A stretch of 18,754 nucleotides of DNA. Source: a bacterium (GTDB taxonomy: Bacteria > Hinthialibacterota > Hinthialibacteria > Hinthialibacterales > Hinthialibacteraceae). The notes under the pieces were generated by a model. That model had not been told where the DNA came from. It did no database searches and saw only the letters and a program-made list of their open reading frames with translations. Location: the NCBI GenBank assembly GCA_041946805.1, contig JBHGBC010000116.1, positions 1 through 18,754 on the forward strand. The letters are read 5' to 3'. The first letter of the stretch is position 1. Each line of letters opens with the position of its first letter. Shown piece after piece: positions 1 to 8,600 of the stretch. Made by a program: the position numbers and the translations under genes.

Positions 1-111
1 GGAGAGGGAATTGGGGGAGTGGTTTTCATCGATCATTTCGAAGAGACGCGAACCGGCGATCTGAAAAAAAGTACGCACTGGCCGGATGAGCCTTACTTTT
101 GTTTAATCCCT

Positions 112-158
112 CCCAGGGCTTACGCCCCGGGCTATACTCATGCCGCGCCGTTGGCGCT
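112..158. repeat. Dispersed repeat cccagggc..ccc(t/c)gggcta..atgccgcgcc
   Basis: 127-156 matches 1668-1697 at 26/30 positions. A looser relative is at 18616-18664 (cccagg..ccctgggctg..gccgtcccctgaaggggac). Confidence 0.7.
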
Positions 159-209
159 CAAAAGCTGGACTGCAATGAGTACCCATAATCTTTTCACAGG
201 ACATTATTT

Positions 210-1508
210 ATGCGGATTCTTGGCGTATATCGCACTCTCATTTCGTGCTCCTTGGTTTTGTCCGTCCTCCCGGCGTCCGCTGCGGAACCGCTGCCCTGGG
301 CCAATCCCTGGGACGTGGGCATGAATTACGAATACGTCAACCGGGCGTTTTCCGACTTGGCCAAGGAGATCCAAAGCGGGGCGGCGCCCGGGGCGGTGGG
401 CCTGGTGCTCAAGGACGGGAAAATCATCGCCCGCCGCGCCGTGGGCAACGCCCAGACGCATCTGGTGATCCAGGCCCAGGAAACCAACGAACTCACCTAT
501 GTCCCCTACAGCGACCGGATGCTCGAAGGTACCCTCTTCGACCTTGCCTCGCTAACCAAGATGATCGCCACCACCACGTCCATCCTCATCCTGTTGGATC
601 AGGGAAAGATCGACCTGGACAAGACCGTGGCCACGTACATCCCCACGTTCGCCGCCCGCGCCAAGGACAAGGTCACCGTCCGTCATCTCATCACCCACTC
701 CTCCGGGCTCTCCTCCTGGTTCCCGTTTCATGAAATCTACATTGACCGGGAAGAGATTTTCCGTGCGCTCGACGAGGATTTCGCCCTCGAATCGCCCCCG
801 GGCGCCATCCGGATTTACAGCGATCTGGGCTTCATGGTTTTGGGGCGGCTGGTGGAAGTGGTGTCCGGCCAGCGCTTGGACCGCTTCGCCCATGAACACA
901 TTTTCGGCCCCTTGGGCATGGATCACACGCGCTTTTTGCCCGGCCTTCAAGAGCGGTACCTCGCCGCACCCACCGAGCTCGATCCGCAACGGGACAAGAT
1001 CCTCAAGGGCATCGTCCATGACGAGAACAGCCGCGCCCTCGGCGGCGTCTCGGGCCATGCGGGGCTGTTTTCCACCGCCACCGATCTCGCCGTGTTCGCC
1101 CAGATGCTGCTCAACCAGGGGGAATTCAACGGTCAACGGATCCTCAAGGCTTCAACCATCCAGGCCATGCTGAAGCCTCAACTGCCGCAGCCGGCGATCG
1201 ACAAAGGCTCCGATTTTCTCCGCAACCGGAAACAACTCATTGGCTGGTGGGGCATGGATGACAAGCTGACGATCGGGGCGGACGGCGGCCTGTCCTCCCG
1301 CACGGCGTATGGCCATACCGGATTCACGGGAACGGCGATGTACATCGATCCGGAGCACAACGCCGCCGCCATTTTGTTATCCAACGCCATCCATCCCAAA
1401 CGCGAGGACGCCAACCGTTCCGCCCTGCGCCGGGCGTTCTTCGGCAATATCAGCAAGGCCCTGGCGGGCGCCGACGTGAACGTGGAGGCGGAGAATCCGG
1501 CGAAATAG
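210..1508 (+). CDS. Secreted serine hydrolase, beta-lactamase class C/PBP-like family (AmiE/YbbE/YfeW-like)
   Basis: 432-aa ORF with a Sec-type signal peptide (…LVLSVLPASA-AE). It has the catalytic SxxK (FDLASLTK), the Y-S-D motif (IYSDLGF), the HTG triad (GHTGFTG) and the subfamily motif GIVHDENSRALGGVSGHAGLFS. An AGGA RBS-like sequence lies upstream. Confidence 0.9.
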   Translation: MRILGVYRTLISCSLVLSVLPASAAEPLPWANPWDVGMNYEYVNRAFSDLAKEIQSGAAPGAVGLVLKDGKIIARRAVGNAQTHLVIQAQETNELTYVPYSDRMLEGTLFDLASLTKMIATTTSILILLDQGKIDLDKTVATYIPTFAARAKDKVTVRHLITHSSGLSSWFPFHEIYIDREEIFRALDEDFALESPPGAIRIYSDLGFMVLGRLVEVVSGQRLDRFAHEHIFGPLGMDHTRFLPGLQERYLAAPTELDPQRDKILKGIVHDENSRALGGVSGHAGLFSTATDLAVFAQMLLNQGEFNGQRILKASTIQAMLKPQLPQPAIDKGSDFLRNRKQLIGWWGMDDKLTIGADGGLSSRTAYGHTGFTGTAMYIDPEHNAAAILLSNAIHPKREDANRSALRRAFFGNISKALAGADVNVEAENPAK

Positions 1509-1594
1509 TTTCAGAAAGGAGCATGAAAACGGTTCAAACGAGAAGTGCGTACCGGATGAAAGCCGAATCCCTGGTCAGCCCCCATAAAAAAAAT

Positions 1595-1628
1595 CCCTCA
1601 CCCTATCCCTCTCCCAGGGGGAGAGGGA
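1595..1628. repeat. REP-like family A hairpin CCCTCACCC..CCCTCTCCC-loop-GGGAGAGGGA
   Basis: Perfect 10-bp stem (1606-1615/1619-1628). Copies at 5504-5538, 15557-15580, 18260-18294 and partially at 1-10; degenerate copies at 4604-4647 and 14064-14091. Confidence 0.85.
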
Positions 1629-1743
1629 ATTCATTCCTTTCCCTGTAACTATCCTTGGACACAGGTTCCGGGTTATGCTCATGCCGCGCCGCCGGCGTGA
1701 GAAAATCGATCCGGCTGAATCCATCATGATCGAGGTGACGCAC

Positions 1744-4305
1744 ATGAGAACGCATACGACTATCATGGATATCCTCCCGTACTTTCCGAGGCCGATGCCT
1801 ATCCTCGGCTATGCGGCCGCCATCTTCGCCCTTTCCCTGATCACGGCGCCGGCGGAAGAAAGCTCCACACCGCTGTCCGCGATTCAGGAAATCGAACTGG
1901 TCCATTTCTCGCATACCGATGTCGGATTCACCGACCATCCCGTGGTCTGCCGGGAACTCTACGTGCGGTATCTCGACCTGGCCGTGGACGCGGTGTTGGA
2001 ATCCCCGGACGGGCCGGAAGACGAGCGCTTCGTCTGGACCGCCGAAGCCACCCTGCCGGTTGATGACTGGTGGCGGCAAGCGGAACCATCCCGGCGCGAG
2101 CGGTTTCTGAAGGCCGTCAACACGGGCCGTCTGGAAATCACGGCGCTGGCCTTCAACAACACGCCGTTCCTGAACGCGCGGCAGTGGGAGACGATGCTCC
2201 ACTGGCTGCCGGAAGACCTGTGGCAAAAGGTGCAGCCGAAAGTGGCCATCCAGAACGACGTCAACGGCTTTCCCCGCGCGGCCGCCATGGGCCTGCTCGA
2301 CCGCGGCGTCAAGTACCTGTTCACGGGAATCAACGAAGACAGCGGCGGGTCGCCGTTTCCCCGCCCTTCCGCCTTCTGGTGGGTGATGCCGGACGGCCGG
2401 CGGCTGTTCGTCTGGCTGAACACCGGCTATGGCTCGGGATTCAACCTCTTCGAGCCCCGGGAATGGCGGCGGGGGCCGGTCCCCGCCGCCGCCGACGCCC
2501 GCTACCGCCCTCCACGCCCGGGAGAAATCCTCAACCCGGACGAAGCCGCCGTCCGGGAGGCGCACCGGCGCTGTGTCGAAAATCTCCGCGCGTTGGAAGC
2601 GGACGGCTACCGGTATCCGGTCCTCACGATCTCCATCACCAACCAATGGCGTTTTGATAACGATCCCCCCTTCCCGCCCCTCGCGGATTTCGTGGCCGCC
2701 TGGAACCGGCTCGGTCTGCAACCCCGCCTGCGTTTGACCACTGCATACGACGCCCTGCAGCGGATGGAAAAGGCCATGGGCGGCACCGCGCCGGTTTACG
2801 CGGGCGAATGGACCGACTGGTGGGCCAACGGGACCGCGTCCGCGCCGCGGGAAGTCGCCGCCAGCCGCGCCGCCAAGCGCCTGCTCGAAGCGGTTCACGC
2901 TCCCCTGTGGGGCCCCCTTCCGGACCGGGCGTTGCCACGGATCGATGAAATCCTCCGGGAACTGTGCCTGTTCGACGAGCATACCTGGGGCTCCAGTCTG
3001 AGCGTGGCCCAGCCATACGCGCTCGACACCCTCGGGCCATTCAACGAAAAGAGCGGCTACGCCTATCGTTCCCTGGCGCGGGCGGAATGGCTGTTGTCCC
3101 AACGTCTCCGCACGGCCCTCGTCCCAGAGGGAGAAGGCCTGTTCGTGGCCAATCCCGCCCCGGCTCCTTTCAGCGGCTGGGCGCGGATGCCCGCCACCTG
3201 CTTGCGGGAAGCCTACAAGTCCGTGGAAGATCCCCGGACCGGCGAACGGTGGAAACTGTACTTTGAACCGGGCATCGAACCTTGGGGGCGTCCCCGCGAA
3301 CCGGAGGACCTCAGCCGGGAGGATATTTCCGCCACGTTCGCGGACCGTTCGCCCAACCGGGCCGTGAAATTCTGGGTGGAGAACCTGGACGGCAACACCT
3401 GGCGGCGCTTGCGCTTGTCCACGGAAGCGGTGGGCGGGGACCCCGTTCCGAAAGACACGGTCCCCACAATCGGGGTGGACGACCGGGGCTGGCCGGTTTC
3501 GGCCGTGTGGCCGGGGATGAAGCAATCCTTGTTTTTGGAAGGTTTCGGGGGATTCACGGCGGTGGAGGTGAATGGTTTCGCTCCCCGGTGGACGCTGGCG
3601 GACATTCGCGGTCTGCGGGGAGAAGCGCAAGCGAAGTTGCGCCGCGAGACCCTCAACGAAATGACCGCGGGCGCGTGGGATCCGGCGGTCCGGGAAGAAA
3701 CACCCCACACGATTCTCTTCACGCAACCGCTGGAGCATCCCCGCCTGGCGTGGGCCACGCGAGTGTTGGAGATTTGGAAACGGGAACCGCGGGCGCGCTT
3801 CACGATCCGGATCAACCGGATCCCTTCCGGCGCCCCGGAAATATTCTATGTGGCTTTCCCATTTCCTACCGGGGACGCGCTGCCGAAATACAGCAGCGGG
3901 GGACAGACTTTTATGCCATTTGACGATCAACTCCCGGGAACCTGCCGGGATTATTTCGCCATCGACGGATGGGCCGAGTATGCCACGCCGGACGGGCGCT
4001 GGCTGTGGGTCAGCCGCGACGCCCCCTTGGCCGCGCTGGGACGTTCACCCACGCTGGCATTCCTCAAAACGCCGCCCGCGGAAAGGAACCTCCTGCAGGC
4101 GATGGTTTTCAACAATTTCTGGTACACCAACTTCTGCGGAGACAGCCATGGCATCATGGAATTTCAGTTCGATCTGCTATGGCGGGAAGCCAACGCCCCG
4201 GAAGCGCCGGCCCTCCCGGACGCGCTGGTGAGCGAACCCTTGGTGCTGATCAATCCCTCCGTGGACGAACAACCCGGCATGTTGCGGGATTTGTATGCGC
4301 CGTAA
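1744..4305 (+). CDS. Secreted glycoside hydrolase family 38-like (alpha-mannosidase-like) protein
   Basis: Motifs include HFSHTDVGF (GH38 HxD metal motif), QNDVNGF (nucleophile-Asp region), DNDPP and LFDEHTWG, followed by a beta-rich C-terminal half. The start was moved from 1675 to 1744 because GAGGTG (1732-1737) precedes the ATG at 1744 and 1668-1697 is a repeat. A hydrophobic signal peptide follows (AAAIFALSLITAPA). Substrate unknown. Confidence 0.75.
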   Translation: MRTHTTIMDILPYFPRPMPILGYAAAIFALSLITAPAEESSTPLSAIQEIELVHFSHTDVGFTDHPVVCRELYVRYLDLAVDAVLESPDGPEDERFVWTAEATLPVDDWWRQAEPSRRERFLKAVNTGRLEITALAFNNTPFLNARQWETMLHWLPEDLWQKVQPKVAIQNDVNGFPRAAAMGLLDRGVKYLFTGINEDSGGSPFPRPSAFWWVMPDGRRLFVWLNTGYGSGFNLFEPREWRRGPVPAAADARYRPPRPGEILNPDEAAVREAHRRCVENLRALEADGYRYPVLTISITNQWRFDNDPPFPPLADFVAAWNRLGLQPRLRLTTAYDALQRMEKAMGGTAPVYAGEWTDWWANGTASAPREVAASRAAKRLLEAVHAPLWGPLPDRALPRIDEILRELCLFDEHTWGSSLSVAQPYALDTLGPFNEKSGYAYRSLARAEWLLSQRLRTALVPEGEGLFVANPAPAPFSGWARMPATCLREAYKSVEDPRTGERWKLYFEPGIEPWGRPREPEDLSREDISATFADRSPNRAVKFWVENLDGNTWRRLRLSTEAVGGDPVPKDTVPTIGVDDRGWPVSAVWPGMKQSLFLEGFGGFTAVEVNGFAPRWTLADIRGLRGEAQAKLRRETLNEMTAGAWDPAVREETPHTILFTQPLEHPRLAWATRVLEIWKREPRARFTIRINRIPSGAPEIFYVAFPFPTGDALPKYSSGGQTFMPFDDQLPGTCRDYFAIDGWAEYATPDGRWLWVSRDAPLAALGRSPTLAFLKTPPAERNLLQAMVFNNFWYTNFCGDSHGIMEFQFDLLWREANAPEAPALPDALVSEPLVLINPSVDEQPGMLRDLYAP

Positions 4306-4324
4306 TCCAGGCTTCGATCCGATC

Positions 4325-4647
4325 TTGCAGCACAGGCATCCTGCCTGCCTTCGGATATGGATCCCCAAGCCGCTAAATGACATCATCCCCGCGAAAGCGG
4401 GGATCCAGCGCCTTTTTTGGTTGGGGCATGATTCCCGCAGGGGCACGTGGCCACGTGCCCCTAATTTTTTTTGCCACGCGGGAGGAACATCCGACCGATG
4501 CGGACACCGCGGTCCGCCCCCGCACGCCCTGCCCGAAGCACTCATCGCAGTCATCCAGGCGATGAAATTCGGGCGGACACCTAGGTCCGCCCCTACCATG
4601 ATTCCATCACCCTGGGCCGATCGCGGGAGGGAGGGAATTGTGGGGGG
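4325..4647. repeat. Intergenic cluster of different REP-like palindromes
   Basis: 4325-4348 caggca-tcc-tgcctg; 4381-4408 atccccgc-gaaa-gcggggat; 4439-4462 perfect 24-bp palindrome aggggcacgtggccacgtgcccct; 4500-4521 and 4571-4596 gcggac..gtccgc(ccctac); 4604-4647 degenerate family A. Confidence 0.85.
4439..4472 (+). terminator. Possible intrinsic terminator downstream of the GH38-like gene, formed by a REP palindrome
   Basis: GC-rich palindrome followed by aa and a run of 8 T. Confidence 0.35.
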
Positions 4648-4726
4648 TATCTCTTCTATTGCAGGACGGGGTAGAGATAACACTCGCAGAAAATGGTTTC
4701 TTACTTGCCGGAAAAACCAACGAAAT

Positions 4727-4755
4727 TTGCCCCACTGCCGAAAACGTGAAATAAT
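4727..4755 (+). promoter_or_regulatory. Possible sigma70-type promoter for the pilin-like gene
   Basis: TTGCCC-N17-AATAAT with TG immediately upstream of the -10 (extended -10-like), in an AT-rich patch about 100 bp before the start. Sequence resemblance only. Confidence 0.25.
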
Positions 4756-4858
4756 ACACCTGTCATCGGGAATGGTATCTTCTTCCACACCGGTAATAAA
4801 TTGTTGGAACGATCATTGTCTCTTATTTTCAGCAATGGAATTCGAGGGAGCAACCGCC

Positions 4859-5440
4859 ATGGCCGTATCGCCGAAGTCTTCGTTCACGTTGATCGAACTG
4901 CTGATCGTGGTGGCGATCATCGGGATCCTGGCCGCGATCGCCGTCCCGAATTTCCTCAACGCGCAGGTCCGGGCCAAGGTCGCCCGCGCCGAATCGGACA
5001 TGCGCGCCCTGTCCGTGGCCATCGATACCTACCGGCTGGACCGCAACAAGTACCCTCCCGACCTGGCCGATTTTCTCGCCTCGAGCGCCGCGCGGGTCAA
5101 GGATACGGGCGGGCTGTGCCTGTACGATCCCTTGACAACCCCGGTGGCCTACATGAGTTCGGCGCCGCTCACGCCGTTCGGCCCCTGGCAATCGCAATGG
5201 GTGGCGGGGATCGATTTCCGCGGGTATGACTATGAAAACCATGTGATCGAGGAATACAGCCGGATGGGGTATCTGGAAAACCGTTTCGAGTATGCCCTGC
5301 TCACCGCCGGGCCCACCACCAAGTTCGTTTCGCTGGATGTCACCGGCCGAAAAATCGGCGGCACGGTTTACAATCCCTCCAACGGGGCGGTCAGCGCCGG
5401 GAACATCGTGCGTTACGGCCCCGGGGGGGATTCGTTTTAA
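4859..5440 (+). CDS. Prepilin-type N-terminal cleavage/methylation protein (type IV pilin/T2SS pseudopilin GspG-like)
   Basis: Begins MAVSPKSS-FTLIELLIVVAIIGILAAIAVPNFLNAQVRAKVAR and continues AIDTYRLDRNKYP. RBS GAGGGAG lies at 4844-4850. The longer ORF from 4295 is only an open frame through intergenic repeats. 193 aa. Confidence 0.9.
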   Translation: MAVSPKSSFTLIELLIVVAIIGILAAIAVPNFLNAQVRAKVARAESDMRALSVAIDTYRLDRNKYPPDLADFLASSAARVKDTGGLCLYDPLTTPVAYMSSAPLTPFGPWQSQWVAGIDFRGYDYENHVIEEYSRMGYLENRFEYALLTAGPTTKFVSLDVTGRKIGGTVYNPSNGAVSAGNIVRYGPGGDSF

Positions 5441-5503
5441 GGGACCAGAGGGCAGGTCCCGTCCGGCACCGATTTCGAGGACGAATCGATCCCTTCCACG
5501 CTT

Positions 5504-5538
5504 CCCCTCACTCTGCCCCTCTCCCGGGGGGAGAGGGA
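5504..5538. repeat. REP-like family A hairpin between convergent genes (possible terminator/RNA stabiliser)
   Basis: cccctcactctgcccctctccc…gggagaggga, lying between the pilin-like gene stop (5440) and the Fn3-like gene stop (5604). Confidence 0.8.
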
Positions 5539-5603
5539 AATGCCGTTCACGCCGAGAATCACGATCCCGCGATGAGTTTCATGCTCGTCTAGGTTCCCCC
5601 GGG

Positions 5604-8600
5604 TCACGGCTCCATCACTTCCACGGGATTCGACGGCCCGATTTCCTCGACGATCTCGCCGGTCATGGGATCCGTCCGTAAGATTTTGTATTCATATTTC
5701 GCGTGGCGGACCAGATGAACCGTGTCGAGAAAGAGGATTTTCCCGCTGATCCGGTTGATGACCGCCGTGGGGCGTGTGACCTTCGCATTCGGTTGATCCG
5801 TCAGGAACGTAAAGAAGGGATCTTGAATGAAGTTGTTCTGAGTAATGTTGATTTTGATCAGGGTGGGGCTGATTTGCCGGTACGTGCCGGGCACATCGAT
5901 GCGGCGGCGGTACACGATGAACGGGAATTGAATCTGAGGCGTGATGGTCAACTTCAGGTCGACCAGGCTGAACGTGCCGATGGGGATCCCCACGCCATAC
6001 GTGAAAGGCAATACTCCACCCGGCTCGGGATTGGCCAGCCATAACGCCTCCAGGGTGGGATTTGCAGGCGGCAGGCCGCGAATGGGCCAGGCGGGATGGG
6101 TATCCATCCGGGGGCTGGCCGCCCAATCGAAGGTGACGGTGTTGTTGGCCATACGCCGTTCGCCGTTCTGCATCACGGCCTCGGCGCGGATCACGTAGGT
6201 GCGGTTGATGGCCACTTTCTCGCCGCGCGCGTCATCGGTGATATCCAGAATCGCCTGGTAGATGTTGTTGCGGTGGTCGAAGCGGTATTCGTTGGGGCTC
6301 AGGGACACTTTGCCTTCATTTCCCGTCAACAATTCGCCCGTGCCGAAATGGATGCGGAATCCGGACACGCCCACGGACGGCCCGAACCAGGACAAACTGA
6401 CCTTGGGCAAGCCGGCGTCGCCCACCGGTTCGGCGCTCTGCATGGCGGGAACGATCTTGCCGGCGTCCTGCGCGGGAATGCGGACCTCGAAGGGGAAATA
6501 ATAGAGGGAACTTTGGTTGTTGTTTTCGTCGAACGCCCGCGCGGCGTAACAGATCCGGCCGCCGGGCGCGGGGCGGAAGTCATCCACGATGGAGAGCGAG
6601 GCTTTCCCCTCGAAGCGTTCCTGGGCCACCATGACGAAATTCTCGCAATCGGGGCTGCGGTACAGTATGATGCCCGCCGTGTCGTCCGAACGGGGGAAAT
6701 TGAACCGCAGGGGATGATTCACTCCCTCCTCGTCCACGGGCCAATGATCGCGGATTCCACCTGGATAACAAAATTCGCCCACTTCCCCGGAGATGGCGAC
6801 CGTGAAGTACAGATCATCCGTGGTTTGATTGACCAATCCGAGATATTCCTCCGGCATGTCGAAAAAGCCGCAGTCCTGCCCGTCATCCAACACGGCGATG
6901 ACCCGGTACGAGATGAAGGAGGGATTTTCCGGCATGAGCACGATCGTATCGGTGAGATTCACATAATCCTCGTCTGCGGGAAACTCCGCTTCGGCGACGG
7001 GAACATACCGCCGTTGTTCGGCGGCTTCGGGCGTGGGCGTATCCGTGGGGACCGGGGTGGGAGTCGCGCCGGCCTCGGGCGTGGGCGTATCCGCCGGCGT
7101 CAGAGTCGCCGTGGCGGCGGGAGTGGGCGTATCGGTGGGAGTGGGAGTATCGGTCGCCACGGATTCAATCGTGGGGGTATCCGTGGGCGTGGGGGTTTCG
7201 GTGGCCTCGGTGGAGTACTCAGGCGTGGGGGTCGCGTACTCCACGATATAGGGCGTGTCCGTGGGCGTGGGGGTCGCCTCGTACTCGTAGAACGGCGTGG
7301 GCGTAGCGAACGTGGACTGGGCGGGAGCGCTTTGGAACGACCGGATGATCTCGCCGGAGGGCTGGGTCCAAACTTCGAGGCGCTCCAACCGGATCTTGGT
7401 AATCCTCCGGGAGCCGCGGTTGACATAAAAATTCACGTTCCGGTTCCGGAAGTCGCCCCCGGCCGTGTCGGACAATTGAAAATTCCGTAGATCGCAATGG
7501 AAAGCGTAGGTACAGATTTCCGGCATGGGTGGCGGCGGAGGCGGCGTGGTATCGAAAATCACGCCGCGTACGGGAGGGGAAAGAGCCGACCTGTTCCCCG
7601 CGGCGTCCAAGGCGGCGACGCAATACCAGAAAGCCTGGTTCTCCTGCTCCGGGAGTTTCACTGCGGGATCCGTGAAAACCGGATCGCCGCCGCCGGGCTG
7701 GGGCACCTGCGCGATGTAGCCTTCGGGCATGCCGTCCACGGGCGGGAAGGGATCGGCTTTCCCGATGTGTTCATACTCCTGAAAGCGGTAGATGTAATAT
7801 TGCGCCGTGTCGTCAGTGTTCCTCGCCCAGGTCAGTAAAACTCTCTGGATGCCATTGTCTTCCACGGCCTCCGTGTGCAAATCACGGGGCGTTTCGGGCG
7901 CATGCTTGTCTTGAACGGTGGCCGCGACCGGCGGGCTGGGTGTTCCATTTTGATCCAATAGGTCGCGCGCCGCCACCCAGTAGGTGAATTGATCCCCCCC
8001 GTTGAAGGGCTCTCCCACGGGACCCGTTTTTTCCAGGGACCGATTGTCATCGACGAACATATAATCTTCGTCCGGCGTCGCGCCCTTGGCCTGGGCGGTC
8101 AGGGGGACGATGGGCAACCGGTTGATTTTCTTCAGGCGGCCTTGCGCGAGGAGGGAGTCGAAATTCTCGCCGGTCAAATCGCGGTCCCCGCGGTACACGT
8201 TGTAGCCGAACATGATCTTTTTCTGCTGATCCAACGCGGCGGAATTGTCCCAGCGCAGGAAGACCTTGAGATGGCCCCGCTCGCCGGGGATATCGACCAC
8301 TTCCGGCTTCAGCGGCGGCGGAAGGCGGGTGGGCTTGGAGGCGTCGATGGTCACGCGGCCCAGCACCAGGCTGTCCGGGCCGTTGCCGGTGGAGGTCCGC
8401 AGTTCGTAGGTGTAGATGCCGGGCACGGCGAGATCGAGGTACCCCAGGCCCTCGACGATGGCCACGCCGAAATTGGTCTGCACCAGCAGATTGCGACGCA
8501 TCGCACAGGTACCGCAGGAATCGCCGCCGTCGAGGATGCCCAGCAGCTGCTCCGCGTAGGTCTCCGAGTTGACCGGTTCATCCAGCATGTAACTCAGCGA

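Noticed and set aside
210..1508. Antibiotic-resistance beta-lactamase (ampC)
   Set aside because: It has YSD and HTG rather than the YxN and KTG of AmpC. The motifs fit the esterase/amidase-like branch, so resistance is unsupported.
1603..3930. 775-aa ORF on the - strand
   Set aside because: Antisense shadow of the GH38-like gene that ends in a REP hairpin (PLPLGEG).
4325..4647. Possible CRISPR array (spaced palindromes)
   Set aside because: The palindromes differ from one another in sequence, the spacing is irregular, and there are no cas genes in the window.
4295..4858. N-terminal 188 aa of the 381-aa ORF
   Set aside because: It is a translation of REP palindromes (IIPAKAGIQ, RGTWPRAP). 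The real start is 4859, with an RBS and prepilin motif.
6096..7490. 464-aa Gly/Arg-rich + strand ORF and the 72-aa VGVGV ORF
   Set aside because: Reverse-strand read-outs of the Fn3-like gene and its Thr/Pro repeat.
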